Assembly (NCBI GenBank): GCA_023261845.1
Contig: JALNJZ010000002.1
Coordinates: 128,001-192,000 of the forward strand
Source: Candidatus Terraquivivens tengchongensis
Lineage (GTDB): Archaea > Thermoproteota > Nitrososphaeria_A > Caldarchaeales > Wolframiiraptoraceae
Direction: 5' to 3'
DNA length: 64,000 nt
The translations under genes were made by a program, and so were the position numbers. Below, one piece after another: positions 1 through 11,505 of the stretch. The notes under the pieces are model-generated. The model was not told the DNA's origin. It saw nothing but the letters and a program-made list of their open reading frames with translations, and made no database searches. Position 1 is the first letter of the stretch, and every line of letters starts with the position of its first letter.

Positions 1-2
1 AC

Positions 3-410
3 AACTATGAAATATTTCAAATATTCGTAAAAGCAAAGAAGACTGGTATAATAATAGTCGGTGGGGGAGTTCCGAGAAATTATGGGCAACAAATACCGGT
101 CATAGCAGAGGTTTTGCTAAAAAAGCCGGCCAGGGTTGACATGAGGCTTGGACACGAATACGGCATACTCATAACGACCGATGACCCAAAGTGGGGTGGA
201 CTTAGCGGTAGCACATTCTCAGAAGCAATATCATGGGGTAAATATTCAACTGAAGCACGTAAGGCAGAAGTTTATTGTGATGCAACGATAGCTCTTCCAC
301 TCATAGTAGGCGCTACCATTCAGAAGATCGGCAAGCAGTTGGATGCGAAACCAAGATGTAAATTTATTTGGGAAGGCGATGTACTAAAGGAGATAAAACT
401 TGAGAAATAA
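3..410 (+). CDS. dys: Deoxyhypusine synthase, C-terminal part (5' end outside window)
   Basis: Open frame from position 3 gives KKTGIIIVGGGVPRN...GGLSGSTFSEAISWGK...EVYCDATIALPL, the DHS signature motifs. Confidence 0.9.
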   Translation, partial: NYEIFQIFVKAKKTGIIIVGGGVPRNYGQQIPVIAEVLLKKPARVDMRLGHEYGILITTDDPKWGGLSGSTFSEAISWGKYSTEARKAEVYCDATIALPLIVGATIQKIGKQLDAKPRCKFIWEGDVLKEIKLEK

Positions 411-565
411 TTGAAGAATGGCCAAGCATTGTAAGGGACGTCTCGGTAATTTTCAGACATTATTGATATAAGTATTATGATAATTCCACAGTATGATGAA
501 TGATTTTGTGTAGAGTGTTTATGACGAAGGGTTATTACCATCTGCACGATTAAATAACCTGCCTC

Positions 566-988
566 ATGAGCTTCAACAGGCGTAGGGTTAGGCTGGAGCT
601 GTTTGACGAGAATGGCGATAAGGTTACGTTGATATTTGAGGGCAGACTGACAAGAGATAAGATAATACAGCTCGCCGACTTTATCGAACTCTATGGTGGT
701 GCTGAGGTTACTCAACCACAGGTCGTTGAAGGAAGCAAACTTGTCAAGGTTTTGAAACTCGTTGAGCGGTACTTCCCGTTCAGCTACTTCTCTTCAAAAG
801 AGGTCCAAAGGCTTTATGAGGCTGAGTACAGAGAGCCCATAAGTCTGAGCACGGTCTCAACATACCTTTCACGTTTAGCTAACAGAGGTGTGCTTGAAAG
901 GACCGGAGGAGGAAGTCAAGTTAAGTACAGGCTACTCAGACCTTTACACTCAGAGATAGGTGACGTTGAAGCCGAAGGATCTCCATAA
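566..988 (+). CDS. Winged-helix DNA-binding protein, uncharacterised
   Basis: C-terminal wHTH-like segment SSKEVQRLYEAEYREPISLSTVSTYLSRLANRGVLER followed by a wing hairpin. Confidence 0.65.
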   Translation: MSFNRRRVRLELFDENGDKVTLIFEGRLTRDKIIQLADFIELYGGAEVTQPQVVEGSKLVKVLKLVERYFPFSYFSSKEVQRLYEAEYREPISLSTVSTYLSRLANRGVLERTGGGSQVKYRLLRPLHSEIGDVEAEGSP

Positions 989-993
989 TGTTA

Positions 994-1674
994 TTACGAG
1001 GCTTTAGATACAACTTCCCTACAGAACGTTATCAGCTCTGTTAAAGATTCAAAGGCCCTTCCTACGTCGCTTGGCTTTATCACAATTATAGTATCCGTAT
1101 AGCAGCTGATTATCTCATCGATGTTTATGCCCCTCCTCGATATCTGTTGTAGGATCGTCGCTATGCATCCAGGGGTACTAGAGACTTCTTTCGGACTTTT
1201 TACTATTATTGCGGCCATGTTCGCATCCTCATAGATTATGTCTTTCGAAAGGAATTTGGAGACTATCTTTTCATGCAGGCTACTATCATAAACTAAAGTA
1301 ACCGTGGACAACCCCTCGAGAACCTGAACAAAGCCCCTTTGATACCTGGATACGATATTCCTTGAAGCTTTAAGGATTTTTGCACTCCTTCTTAGCGAGA
1401 GTCTCGCGACATCTGTCCTGACGTTAACAGTACTTTTTGCAATAACATATGCGACGTTAAACGGTATCGTACTGTAGGTTCCCCTTAACCTTTTTAAAGC
1501 CGTAACTATAGTGTCCAAGCTAACTCTATCCCCAACCAACCTTTCAACGGTAGGTCTCAGAAACCTTGCGATTGCTGACAGGTTTACATAACCTCTCTGA
1601 AGACCGTCCTGGAGCGGGGCATCAACATCAATCAAGTGTCTAACAATTTGGGTTATTGACCTATTTTGGTACAT
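994..1674 (-). CDS. ACT-domain protein (N-terminal helical/HTH-like region plus C-terminal ACT-like domain), putative amino-acid-sensing regulator
   Basis: Likely start ATG 1674 (MYQNRSITQIVRHLID..GYVNLSAIARFL); C-terminal TPGCIATILQQISRRGINIDEIISCYTDTIIVI is ACT-like. Confidence 0.7.
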   Translation of the reverse strand: MYQNRSITQIVRHLIDVDAPLQDGLQRGYVNLSAIARFLRPTVERLVGDRVSLDTIVTALKRLRGTYSTIPFNVAYVIAKSTVNVRTDVARLSLRRSAKILKASRNIVSRYQRGFVQVLEGLSTVTLVYDSSLHEKIVSKFLSKDIIYEDANMAAIIVKSPKEVSSTPGCIATILQQISRRGINIDEIISCYTDTIIVIKPSDVGRAFESLTELITFCREVVSKAS

Positions 1675-1681
1675 TTTTGTC

Positions 1682-1718
1682 CCAATTTTACCAAAATTGG
1701 ACATAATATATATTATGT
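1682..1718. promoter_or_regulatory. Two adjacent palindromes in the divergent promoter between the ACT gene and carA
   Basis: CCAATTTT-acc-AAAATTGG (1682-1700) and perfect 18-bp ACATAATATATATTATGT (1701-1718). Confidence 0.5.
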
Positions 1719-1800
1719 GCCGTCCCATCAGAATAATATGGAATGATCCAAACGAACCAACAACATGTCTCCTTAGACTTCTTTTCTGGGGTGGAGGGTG

Positions 1801-2904
1801 ATGTCTCACAATAAGAAGAAGGCTCTGCTGGTGCTCGAGGATGGGACCGTCGTACACGGTGAGGGGTTTGGGGCTTTAGGCGAAGCGATGGGTGAGTTGG
1901 TTTTTAATACTGGAATGACAGGTTACGTGGAGGCATTAACTGATCCATCGTATGCTGGACAGATTTTAATGATGACTTATCCACTTATCGGGAATTATGG
2001 TGTTTGTAGTGAAGACTACGAATCTGATGGAATAAAAGTAGAGGGTTTCGTGGTTAGGGAGTTATGTGAGACGCCGAGTAACTGGCGTTCAGAGAAATCT
2101 CTATCGGAATTTTTAGAGGAATACGGCATTCCAGGAATTCAAGGCGTCGATACACGAATGCTCACGAGAAAAATCAGAATTTATGGAACGATGAAAAGTA
2201 CGCTTATAGTCTACGAGGGGAACGACGAGCCTGACATCGATGAAGTAATTGAGAGGACGAAAGCACAACCAGCAATAACCGAGTTGGACCTCGTAAACAA
2301 AGTTTCAGTTTCTAAACCGACGTTTATAGAGGGCGGTGGAGACTTAAACGTTGTTTTAATCGATTGTGGAGTTAAGTGGAGTATAATCAGGCTTCTCAGA
2401 GAAAATGCAAACATAACCCTCGTACCTTACAACACTCCAGCCAAAAATATACTTGAATATGACCCTGATGGTGTTTTGATATCGAATGGTCCTGGAGACC
2501 CAGTTAGGGTCAAAGAAACCATAAACACCGCGAAAGAACTTGTAGGTAAGGTGCCTCTTTTCGGCATCTGCCTTGGGCATCAGATAATATCGTTAGCCCT
2601 TGGTGCAAAGACGTTCAAGTTAAAGTTCGGTCATAGGGGAGCAAACCAGCCAGTAAAGGATTTCGAGACTGGAAGGGTCTTCATATCAACCCAAAACCAT
2701 GGTTTCGCAGTTACCAAAGAATCCCTCAAGGATGCTGGGCTAATCCTTACGCAGATTAACCTAAACGATCACACGGTCGAAGGTGTGAAACATAAAGAGC
2801 TACCAATAAAGTCCGTTCAGTATCATCCTGAAGGAGGACCTGGACCCCATGACACGTACTTCTTCTTTGATGATTTTGTAAAAACGATGAAGGAGTATAG
2901 ATAA
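1801..2904 (+). CDS. carA: Carbamoyl-phosphate synthase small subunit
   Basis: [32 protein letters not shown], catalytic GICLGHQ, QYHPE. Confidence 0.97.
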   Translation: MSHNKKKALLVLEDGTVVHGEGFGALGEAMGELVFNTGMTGYVEALTDPSYAGQILMMTYPLIGNYGVCSEDYESDGIKVEGFVVRELCETPSNWRSEKSLSEFLEEYGIPGIQGVDTRMLTRKIRIYGTMKSTLIVYEGNDEPDIDEVIERTKAQPAITELDLVNKVSVSKPTFIEGGGDLNVVLIDCGVKWSIIRLLRENANITLVPYNTPAKNILEYDPDGVLISNGPGDPVRVKETINTAKELVGKVPLFGICLGHQIISLALGAKTFKLKFGHRGANQPVKDFETGRVFISTQNHGFAVTKESLKDAGLILTQINLNDHTVEGVKHKELPIKSVQYHPEGGPGPHDTYFFFDDFVKTMKEYR

Positions 2905-2906
2905 AC

Positions 2907-5900
2907 ATGCCAAAGCGTGAAGATATACGTAAAATCATGATTATCGGCTCCGGCCCTATTGTGATCGGACAGGCATGTGAGTTTGATTATTCAGGGAGCC
3001 AAGCCTGCAAAGCGCTTAAAGAAGAAGGTTACGAAGTCGTATTGGTAAACTCGAACCCAGCAACGATAATGACGGACCCTGAGATGGCTGATAGAATATA
3101 CATCGAACCGTTGACCCCTGAAGTGGTTGCAGAAATAATTAAAAAAGAACTACCTGACGCTCTGCTCCCAACACTTGGAGGCCAGACCGGCCTGAACATA
3201 GCGGCAGAGCTTGCAGAAAGAGGCATTTTGGATGAATACGGTGTCGAACTCATTGGAGCAAAACTGGAAGCCATAAAGAAGGGAGAGGATCGAATACTTT
3301 TCAAAGAGGCTATGGAAAGAATAGGCCTTCCCGTTCCGAGAAGCTTTCCAGCATACTCCGTTGATGAAGCAGTCGAGATAGCCAATGAGCTAGGATATCC
3401 CGTCATCGTTAGACCTGCATACACCTTGGGCGGGACTGGTGGTGGAGTGGCTTACAACAGGGAAGAGCTGGAGCGGATAGTTGCCAGGGGCTTGACTCAT
3501 AGTCGTATAGGGCAAGTTATAATTGACGAATCCCTTATCGGGTGGAAGGAGTACGAGCTTGAAGTTATGAGGGACTTGGCTGATAACGTCGTAATTATTT
3601 GCTCTATAGAGAACATGGACCCGATGGGCATACATACAGGTGACAGCATAACAGTCGCGCCAGCTCAAACGTTAACAGATAAGGAATACCAAACTTTAAG
3701 GAACGCAGCCATAAAAATCATACGCGAGATAGGTGTCGAAACAGGCGGCTCGAACATACAGTTCGCAGTACATCCAGAAAACGGTCATTTTAAGGTCATA
3801 GAGATAAACCCAAGGGTTTCTAGGAGCTCAGCTTTGGCATCAAAGGCAACGGGATATCCTATAGCGAAGGTAGCTGCGAAACTTGCCATCGGCCTGTTAC
3901 TTGACGAAATTCCAAACGACATAACTAAGAAGACACCAGCATCCTTTGAACCAACGATAGACTACGTGGTAGTTAAAGTTCCTAGATGGCCTTTCGACAA
4001 GTTTCCCGAGGCCGATAAAACGCTAACAACACAGATGAAATCCGTCGGTGAGGTGATGGCAATAGGTCGCACCTTTGAGGAGGCTCTACAGAAGGCAATA
4101 AGGTCTCTGGAGATTGGAAGATACGGTTTGGGAGCCGATGGGAAAGATGAGGAAATGCCGGATGTGAAGACTCTTCGTGATTATCTCAGGATTCCTACAC
4201 ATAAGCGGGTATTTTACATCAGGCATGCAATAAAGCTCGGTATGAGCATCGATGAGATTTACGAGCTTACAAAAATCGATAGATGGTTCATTCGGAAGAT
4301 TAAGAACATAGTTGATATGGAGAACGAACTATCAAAGTATACGATTGAAACTATTCCAAAAGAGGTGCTTCGCAAAGCCAAGAAACTTGGCTTCTCGGAC
4401 AAACAAATAGCGTATCTATTGGGAACTGACGAGCTCACGGTCAGGGAGCTTAGAAAGAGAATGGGTATAATGCCTGTCTATAAGATGGTAGATACATGCG
4501 CGGCAGAATTCGAGGCAGAAACGCCGTACTACTACTCATGCTATGATGATGAGGACGAGATACGGAAGACTGAAAAGAAGAAGGTAGTCATACTTGGTTC
4601 AGGGCCCAACAGAATCGGACAGGGTATTGAATTTGACTATTGCTGCGTACACGCTGTTAAGGCATTAAAAGAGGAGGGTTACGAAGTTATAATGGTGAAC
4701 TGTAACCCTGAAACTGTAAGCACAGACTTCGACATTTCAGACAAGCTGTATTTCGAGCCCCTGACGTTCGAAGACGTGATGAACATAATTGAAAAAGAAC
4801 AGCCTGAAGGTGTCATTGTTCAGCTCGGAGGTCAAACTCCTCTGAACTTAGCTATACCTCTAGAGAAGCAGGGTGTAAAGATTCTTGGAACGACTCCAGA
4901 TAACATAGATAGGGCAGAGGACAGGAAGAGGTTTACTGAAGTTTTAGAAAAACTCGGGATACCCCAGCCACCTTATGGAACAGCCATGAACATAGAAGAG
5001 GCAAAGGAAGTTGCTAGAAAGCTTGGCTATCCTGTGCTGGTGAGACCGTCCTACGTCCTCGGGGGAAGAGCCATGGAAATAGTATACGACGAGGAATCCT
5101 TAATCAAGTATGTGAAAGAAGCGATAAAGGTATCGCCGGAACATCCAGTTTTGATAGACAAGTTCCTAGAAGACGCCATAGAAGCCGAAATCGACGCGAT
5201 TTCTGACGGAGAAAATGTGTACATAGGCGACATCATGGAGCACATAGAGGAGGCAGGAGTACATTCAGGAGATGCTGCATGTGTCCTACCACCTTACAGC
5301 CTTAGCAAAGAGGTGATCGAGACGATGAAGGATTACACGCGCAGAATAGCGAAGGAGCTCCACGTGGTAGGTTTAATAAATGTTCAGTTTGCGATAAAGG
5401 ACGGTAAAGTATACGTGTTTGAGGTCAATCCCCGTGCTTCTAGGACTGTACCATTCGTCAGCAAGGCTACCGGTGTGCCGCTGGCAAAGATTGCAGCGAA
5501 ACTTATGGTAGGTCATAGCCTCAGCGAATTTGGTTTGGGAGAGGAACCGGAGGTAAACCATGTAGCTGTGAAAGAAGCAGTTTTTCCCTTTGCAAAGTTG
5601 CCCGGTGTGGATGTTGTACTTGGACCCGAGATGAAGTCTACAGGTGAGGTAATGGGTATTGACAAAGATTTTGGAATAGCGTATTATAAGGCTGAATTGG
5701 CAGCGGATACGCGCTTACCAACCAAAGGGAACGTCTTTATAAGCGTGAGGGATGACGAAAAGATGCGCATAATACCGGTGGCTAAGAAATTAAAGGAATT
5801 AGGCCTAAACATTTTAGCGACAAAGGGGACCGCGGACGTGTTGATTGCCGCTAACATAGACGTTAAAGTAGTCCCAAAAATTGGCGAAGGTCGTCCAGAC

Positions 5901-6149
5901 ATACTTGACTACATAAAATCCGACAAAATAGACCTAATCATAAACGTCCCGAAAGGTAAGGGTTCCAAAGATGACGAGTTCCAAATAAGAAGGGCTGCAG
6001 TAGATCGTAAAATACCATACATAACGACGGTGGCAGCAGCTCAAGCTGCTGTTAAAGCTATTGAGAAAATAAAGAAGGAAGGCTCCTTTACCGTTAAGCC
6101 ATTGCAAGAATATCACACTAGGCTAATTGTAAAGAAAGCAAAAGCGTAA
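2907..6149 (+). CDS. carB: Carbamoyl-phosphate synthase large subunit
   Basis: [24 protein letters not shown], duplicated ATP-grasp domains, C-terminal MGS-like domain, 1080 aa. Confidence 0.98.
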   Translation: MPKREDIRKIMIIGSGPIVIGQACEFDYSGSQACKALKEEGYEVVLVNSNPATIMTDPEMADRIYIEPLTPEVVAEIIKKELPDALLPTLGGQTGLNIAAELAERGILDEYGVELIGAKLEAIKKGEDRILFKEAMERIGLPVPRSFPAYSVDEAVEIANELGYPVIVRPAYTLGGTGGGVAYNREELERIVARGLTHSRIGQVIIDESLIGWKEYELEVMRDLADNVVIICSIENMDPMGIHTGDSITVAPAQTLTDKEYQTLRNAAIKIIREIGVETGGSNIQFAVHPENGHFKVIEINPRVSRSSALASKATGYPIAKVAAKLAIGLLLDEIPNDITKKTPASFEPTIDYVVVKVPRWPFDKFPEADKTLTTQMKSVGEVMAIGRTFEEALQKAIRSLEIGRYGLGADGKDEEMPDVKTLRDYLRIPTHKRVFYIRHAIKLGMSIDEIYELTKIDRWFIRKIKNIVDMENELSKYTIETIPKEVLRKAKKLGFSDKQIAYLLGTDELTVRELRKRMGIMPVYKMVDTCAAEFEAETPYYYSCYDDEDEIRKTEKKKVVILGSGPNRIGQGIEFDYCCVHAVKALKEEGYEVIMVNCNPETVSTDFDISDKLYFEPLTFEDVMNIIEKEQPEGVIVQLGGQTPLNLAIPLEKQGVKILGTTPDNIDRAEDRKRFTEVLEKLGIPQPPYGTAMNIEEAKEVARKLGYPVLVRPSYVLGGRAMEIVYDEESLIKYVKEAIKVSPEHPVLIDKFLEDAIEAEIDAISDGENVYIGDIMEHIEEAGVHSGDAACVLPPYSLSKEVIETMKDYTRRIAKELHVVGLINVQFAIKDGKVYVFEVNPRASRTVPFVSKATGVPLAKIAAKLMVGHSLSEFGLGEEPEVNHVAVKEAVFPFAKLPGVDVVLGPEMKSTGEVMGIDKDFGIAYYKAELAADTRLPTKGNVFISVRDDEKMRIIPVAKKLKELGLNILATKGTADVLIAANIDVKVVPKIGEGRPDILDYIKSDKIDLIINVPKGKGSKDDEFQIRRAAVDRKIPYITTVAAAQAAVKAIEKIKKEGSFTVKPLQEYHTRLIVKKAKA

Positions 6150-6162
6150 ATTATCTACTTAC

Positions 6163-6882
6163 TTAGGCGGTCCGGTATAACTTTCTGAACGCCTTGTAAA
6201 GTGGTATCGCGATTGCTGTTCCTATTATCGACTGTCCAAGGTTCACGGGTATCTCGGCCAAAGCATAGACGCCCAAGAAGAACTGTTCATAAACGAAGTA
6301 CCCCGAAACCATAAGAAGTCCGCCAAGGAGTAAAGAAAGTATTAACCAGCCTTCGTATCCTTTCTCTTTAACGATGAAGTAAATCGGTGTAGCTACAGCC
6401 GCAGCCGCCAGACCGATCCATGAATAAGGCATGATTGTGAAAATGAATGATTGCGCCCCCCCACCGACCGGGAGTATAGAAACCTCCACTTCGCCGACGA
6501 ATAATGTGATGCCTATCAGAAGTATGAGCACAAAATATCCAGCGACGAGCGTATAGGATGCTACTGCAAGTTGCCATCCGCCCTTTTTCGGAACTTTCTT
6601 AATAAGGTAGCCTACAAGTGCACCTTCTGCTGCTTTTATTAGGAGTGTTGCAGGAGCATAGTAATAGTAGCCTAATGCTAAGTCAGCTAACATGGAACCC
6701 ACGCCGCCAGCAAATGCGGCTATTCCAGGCCCCATCGTAAGTGCCGTAAAGTATATCATCGTTTCACCTAGATTGAAGTAACCTCTGGTGGCTGGTACGT
6801 AAATCGATAGGACCATCGTGGCAACGGCTACCAGCGACGTAAAGACCGCGAGCTTTGCTACGATTATGCTGTAACGTTGCAT
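6163..6882 (-). CDS. ECF transporter S component
   Basis: PATRGYFNLGETMIYFTAL..GGVGSMLADL..APATLLIKA..EIPVNLGQ motifs, polytopic membrane protein; likely start ATG 6882. Confidence 0.8.
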   Translation of the reverse strand: MQRYSIIVAKLAVFTSLVAVATMVLSIYVPATRGYFNLGETMIYFTALTMGPGIAAFAGGVGSMLADLALGYYYYAPATLLIKAAEGALVGYLIKKVPKKGGWQLAVASYTLVAGYFVLILLIGITLFVGEVEVSILPVGGGAQSFIFTIMPYSWIGLAAAAVATPIYFIVKEKGYEGWLILSLLLGGLLMVSGYFVYEQFFLGVYALAEIPVNLGQSIIGTAIAIPLYKAFRKLYRTA

Positions 6883-6934
6883 AGCGAATTTTTGAGAAAC
6901 AAAATATATAAGTTTCAACCTATATATAGGCTAC

Positions 6935-8404
6935 ATGGTATTTAGGCTTTCATGCATAAAATGCGGAAAACATCTGGAAGAGAAAGAAAACCCGATACGT
7001 TGCCCAAGCTGCGGCGGTCAAGTACTCATCGATTACGATTATGAGCAGCTCTCATCCACTGCAAGCAAGGAGAAACTTGCAAAAACACCTCCGAATATGT
7101 GGAAGTACTCATTCCTTCTACCGCTTGTTGAGAACAGCTTTGTCGTATCCTTAGGCGAGGGCGGTACTTTTCTTCAGAAGGCTGAAAGGTTAGGAGAGGA
7201 GCTTGGAATTAAGAATGTGTATCTGAAGAACGAGACAGTAAACCCCACTGGTTCTTTCTTAGACAGGGGGGTTTCCATAGAGGTCACGAGGGCAAAGAAC
7301 AAGGGTTACAGCAGCGTCAAGTGCGCGAGCAGGGGAAACTTAGGTGCTTCAGCAGCTGCATACTCGGCTAAGGCCGGTTTAGGTTGCACGATTTACACGA
7401 CATTAGGCATCGAGTTAGGTAAGCTTTATCAGGCCATTGTTTGCGGTGCTGAGATAAGCTTTGTCAAGACATGCGACAATGCCATCAGAATGCTGGAACG
7501 TCCATATAAAGGAGAGTATGTAATATCCGTAACGAATCCGTTCTTTCTCGAAGGAATAAAAACTACTGGGTACGAGGTTTGCGAACAACTTGGATGGGCC
7601 CCTCCTGAATTTTTTATCGTACCTGTCGGTGAGGGTGGGCACTTATCAATGATATGGAAAGCTCTGAAGGAGCTAAGTTATGTTGGACTTATAAATGATA
7701 CACACTCAAAGATGCTAGGCGTTCAGGCTAAAAGCTGCTCGCCCATAGTTGATGCATTCGCAAAGAACCTTGACAAACCTGCAAAATCTAAGGATTTTGG
7801 GATGACGTTCCACGACATAGCGGTTAGACAACCCATGCTGGGGGAACTTTGCTTGAAAGCTCTGAGAGAATCGAACGGTTATGCCTTGGCAGTATCCGAG
7901 AGGAGAATACTTGAAGCCACGAGGCTTTTAGCCAAGTGCGAAGGAATTTTTGCTGAACCAGCAGCAGCCTCAACTATAGCAGCCCTTAAGATTGCTTTGG
8001 AAGATAGAATAATAGAAAGGTCCGATAAAGTTGTATGCATAATAACGGGTGCAGGTTTAAAGGATCCAGCAGCCGTCAAGAATCTGATAAAGTGCTCGAG
8101 CATGGGTGCTCCTATAACACTCATGCTCACATCCTCATTAGATAGCCGGTTAGGAAAGACGAAGCGCTTAATACTAAAAATTTTACAAAGACGTCCGAAT
8201 CATGGATATCTTTTATGGAAAACTCTTACGCAAGAATTCGGTTTGACAATCACGCTCCCCTCACTGTATCAACATTTACAGGAGCTTATGGTCGCTGGCT
8301 TGGTAACGGTCACACATGAAGGGGGGCCATCAGAAAGGAAAAAGAAGGTTTACGTTCTGACGAAGAAGGGAGAAGCAATTCTATCATCAAAACTCACGAG
8401 ATAA
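6935..8404 (+). CDS. Threonine synthase-like fold-type II PLP protein fused to a C-terminal PadR-type wHTH; PLP lysine replaced by Leu
   Basis: N-terminal CxxC..CPxC, SLGEGGT, NPTGSFLDRG (canonical SFKDRG), EGIKT, EGIFAEPAAA, ITGAGLKD; C-terminal HGYLLWK..SLYQHLQELMVAGLV..RKKKVYVLTKKG. Confidence 0.85.
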   Translation: MVFRLSCIKCGKHLEEKENPIRCPSCGGQVLIDYDYEQLSSTASKEKLAKTPPNMWKYSFLLPLVENSFVVSLGEGGTFLQKAERLGEELGIKNVYLKNETVNPTGSFLDRGVSIEVTRAKNKGYSSVKCASRGNLGASAAAYSAKAGLGCTIYTTLGIELGKLYQAIVCGAEISFVKTCDNAIRMLERPYKGEYVISVTNPFFLEGIKTTGYEVCEQLGWAPPEFFIVPVGEGGHLSMIWKALKELSYVGLINDTHSKMLGVQAKSCSPIVDAFAKNLDKPAKSKDFGMTFHDIAVRQPMLGELCLKALRESNGYALAVSERRILEATRLLAKCEGIFAEPAAASTIAALKIALEDRIIERSDKVVCIITGAGLKDPAAVKNLIKCSSMGAPITLMLTSSLDSRLGKTKRLILKILQRRPNHGYLLWKTLTQEFGLTITLPSLYQHLQELMVAGLVTVTHEGGPSERKKKVYVLTKKGEAILSSKLTR

Positions 8405-8447
8405 GCTTTATCAGATTTATTAACTGCTTTCCGTCGAGAATAACTGC

Positions 8448-8996
8448 ATGAAGATCGTCGTTGCGATAACAGGAGCCTCAGGCGCACCTATAGCTGAGAG
8501 GTTGTTAGAGGTCCTAAAAGCGGGTAAACACAAGGTCTACTTGATTCTTTCTAAGAAGGGTGAGGCACTCGTTCGGGCCGAAGCGAATTTGGAGAAGGTA
8601 AACTCGTATGCGGATAGAATTTTCTGGGAGGACGAACTCGAAGCCCCACTTTCAAGCGGCTCTTTTCCCATCGATGCTATGGTGGTCGTACCATGTTCCA
8701 TGAAGACGCTTGCAGCAATTGCCAACGGTATTGAGGAAAACTTGATCATAAGGGCAGCACTCGTTTCCCTCAAGCAGAAAAGGAAATTGGTCTTAGTGCC
8801 ACGTGAAACGCCTTTAGCCGAGCCGCACATCATCAACATGCTTAAGGCAGTCAGAGCAGGAGCTGTCATTTTACCGCCAGTTCTAACGTTCTACCATTCG
8901 CCGAAGTCCGTCCAAGACCTTATAGACTTTATAGTCGGGAGGGTGCTAGAAATCCTCGAAATCGAGCACAATTTATACAAAAGGTGGGGAGAATGA
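8448..8996 (+). CDS. ubiX: Flavin prenyltransferase UbiX
   Basis: AITGASGA, SSGSF, PCSMKTLAAIANG, LVPRETP, FYHSP. Confidence 0.95.
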   Translation: MKIVVAITGASGAPIAERLLEVLKAGKHKVYLILSKKGEALVRAEANLEKVNSYADRIFWEDELEAPLSSGSFPIDAMVVVPCSMKTLAAIANGIEENLIIRAALVSLKQKRKLVLVPRETPLAEPHIINMLKAVRAGAVILPPVLTFYHSPKSVQDLIDFIVGRVLEILEIEHNLYKRWGE

Positions 8997-10291
8997 GGGA
9001 TTTCCTGAATGAGCTTGAGAAGGAAGGAGAACTCATTAACATCGTAAGGCCGGTCTCGACGAAGTTTGAGGCAGCTGCGATAATGAAGAAGCTCGATGGG
9101 AAGCCCGTACTCTTCCACAAGCTCAAGGAGTGCGAAGGATTTAAATTGGTTGCAAACGTCTGCGGCAATAGGAGAATTCTTGCAAAAGCCCTAGGTGTAA
9201 GTGAAAACGCTATACTCAGGAAGTTGAATGATGCCATAGAAAACCCAAGTAAGGGTGAAATCGTTGAGGATGCACCGTGCCAGCAAGTGGTTGATCGAAA
9301 ACCTGACTTGAGAAAGTTACCTTTCCTGATCTTTGGCGAGCATGATGGTGGGCCCTACGCTACTGCCAGCATAATCATTGCTTATGACAGGGAGTATGGC
9401 TTTAACGCCAGCTTCCATAGATTGATGCTCATAGATAGGAATAAGGTTGTTGCTAGAATACTTCCAAGACATCTTGATGAGTTTATACGTAGAGGCAACA
9501 GAAATGTTGCGATAACTTTCGGGAACCATCCTGCTTTCATGATAGCGGCGGCCGTTAGTTGGAAGATAGGTATTAGCGAGTTGGACATAGCAAACTCGTT
9601 AAGAAAGATGAGGTATGCGAGGTGTGTGACGAATGAACTACTCGTGCCCGCAGACTGTGAGGTTGTGATGGAGGGTGTTGTGACGGATGAATTGGCTGAT
9701 GAGGGTCCAATATTCGACATAACGGGTACGTACGATGTTGTAAGGAAGCAAAGGGTCATCGAGATAGAGTGCGTAACGATGAGACGCGACCCAATATTTC
9801 AAGCAATATTGCTGGCGGGTAGCGAGCACAAAACTTTGATGGGTACGCCGAGGGAGGCGACGATCTATAAGGAGGTCGGGAAGGTCTGCGAGTGCCTAGA
9901 CGTCAGACTAACACCTGGTGGTTGTAAGTGGCTTCACGCTGTCGTAAAGATAAAGAAAAGACATGATGATGACGGTAGAAAAGCTATAGAGGCGGCATTT
10001 AGGGGGCATGGTAGCTTAAAACATGTGATCGTAGTTGACGAGGACATAAATATCGATGACCCGGTTGAGTTAGAATGGGCATTAGCAACGAGGGTGCAAC
10101 TGGACAAGCGCTTGGTGCTTAAGCCTAATGAGTACGGCTCCTCTTTAGACCCATCCGCTGACCAATACACCCGGAAGACATGTAAGGCTGGAATAGATGC
10201 TACGCTGCCTTTGGGTGCTGACTTGAAGCTCTTCAAAAAGGCTACAATACCCGGAGAGGAAAGTATAAAGATTGAAGATTACATAAAGTAG
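8993..10291 (+). CDS. UbiD-family prFMN decarboxylase, probably anhydromevalonate phosphate decarboxylase
   Basis: NASFHRL, EGPIFDITGTYD, KHVIVVDEDINIDD..EWALATRVQ, SSLDPS; operon with ubiX and AcnX subunits. Confidence 0.85.
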   Translation: MRDFLNELEKEGELINIVRPVSTKFEAAAIMKKLDGKPVLFHKLKECEGFKLVANVCGNRRILAKALGVSENAILRKLNDAIENPSKGEIVEDAPCQQVVDRKPDLRKLPFLIFGEHDGGPYATASIIIAYDREYGFNASFHRLMLIDRNKVVARILPRHLDEFIRRGNRNVAITFGNHPAFMIAAAVSWKIGISELDIANSLRKMRYARCVTNELLVPADCEVVMEGVVTDELADEGPIFDITGTYDVVRKQRVIEIECVTMRRDPIFQAILLAGSEHKTLMGTPREATIYKEVGKVCECLDVRLTPGGCKWLHAVVKIKKRHDDDGRKAIEAAFRGHGSLKHVIVVDEDINIDDPVELEWALATRVQLDKRLVLKPNEYGSSLDPSADQYTRKTCKAGIDATLPLGADLKLFKKATIPGEESIKIEDYIK

Positions 10292-10323
10292 CTAAAGACA
10301 GTAAAACCAATGGTGCAATCAAA

Positions 10324-11505
10324 ATGTATCTTTCAAAAGATGAAGAACGCATGCTGGTTGGCGAATTCGGATACGCCATGCAAAAGGCTATGGAGATACT
10401 CATAGCGCTTGGAAAAATTTACGACGCCGAGAAGCTAATTCCCATAACGAGCGCCCACATATCAGGCGTATCTTATGCCAACGTGGGCGAAGATGGACTA
10501 GAGTTTTTAGAAGAACTCGCATCTGATGGTAAAGTTCTCGTAAAGACGACACTCAATCCTGCAGGCATGGATTTGGACAGATGGAGCTTAATGGGTATTG
10601 ATAGAGAATTCGCGGAGAATCAGCTAAGGGTGATAGACGTCTACAGAAAGATGGGTGTAGAGGTAACCTGCACGTGTACGCCATACCTTGTCAACAACAT
10701 GCCCAAACTAGGCGACCACGTCGCATGGAGTGAAAGTTCGGCAGTAGTTTACGCAAATTCCGTCATAGGTGCTAGGACAAATAGGGAGAGCGGAATGAGC
10801 GCTTTGGCGGCAGCAATAACTGGTAGGACACCTCTTTATGGTCTACACATTAAGGATAACCGTCAACCGACTGTAGAGGTTAGGGTACCGCAGCCAGATG
10901 GAGAGTTCGGGTTTGCTTGTCTCGGTATGGTCATTGGAAGGCTTGTTGGCGATGGTATGCCCTTCATCAAGGGTATGTTTCATGCTGAGCCGGATGAATT
11001 AAAGGCGTTGGGCGCTGCGTTGGCTAGTGTCGGTGGTGTGCCCATGTTTCACATAGAGGGCATAACACCCGAGGCTAATGAATACACAGATCAGTCTATG
11101 GAGAAGCTCGTCGTTACAGAGGCTGACATAATGAGCATCAAGAAGGAGTATACAAGCGAGGCGGATCCGGACTTAATATTTCTTGGATGCCCTCATCTCT
11201 CACTTACAGAGCTTAAGAAGATCGCATCGGTTTTGATTGGAAAAAAGGTCAGAAAAAAACTCTGGTTATGTTGCTCTAAACACGTCAAATTGGAGGCGGA
11301 CAAGTTGGGCATAACACGGGCCTTAGAGGCTGCTGGTGCTACAATTGTATGTGATACTTGCCCGATAGTTGCACCCGTAAGGGATTTGGGCATATCAGTC
11401 GTTGCTACAAACTCGGCTAAAGGAGCATGGTACTCAAGAAACTTAAACAATTTTTCTGTGAAATTGCTCTCGACGGAAGAATGCCTCAGGGAAGCGACCG
11501 AATGA
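10324..11505 (+). CDS. Aconitase X large subunit (putative phosphomevalonate dehydratase large subunit)
   Basis: AHISGVSY, TCTCTPY, AWSESSAVVYANSVIGARTNRE, LGCPH, CDTC, TNSAK. Confidence 0.9.
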   Translation: MYLSKDEERMLVGEFGYAMQKAMEILIALGKIYDAEKLIPITSAHISGVSYANVGEDGLEFLEELASDGKVLVKTTLNPAGMDLDRWSLMGIDREFAENQLRVIDVYRKMGVEVTCTCTPYLVNNMPKLGDHVAWSESSAVVYANSVIGARTNRESGMSALAAAITGRTPLYGLHIKDNRQPTVEVRVPQPDGEFGFACLGMVIGRLVGDGMPFIKGMFHAEPDELKALGAALASVGGVPMFHIEGITPEANEYTDQSMEKLVVTEADIMSIKKEYTSEADPDLIFLGCPHLSLTELKKIASVLIGKKVRKKLWLCCSKHVKLEADKLGITRALEAAGATIVCDTCPIVAPVRDLGISVVATNSAKGAWYSRNLNNFSVKLLSTEECLREATE

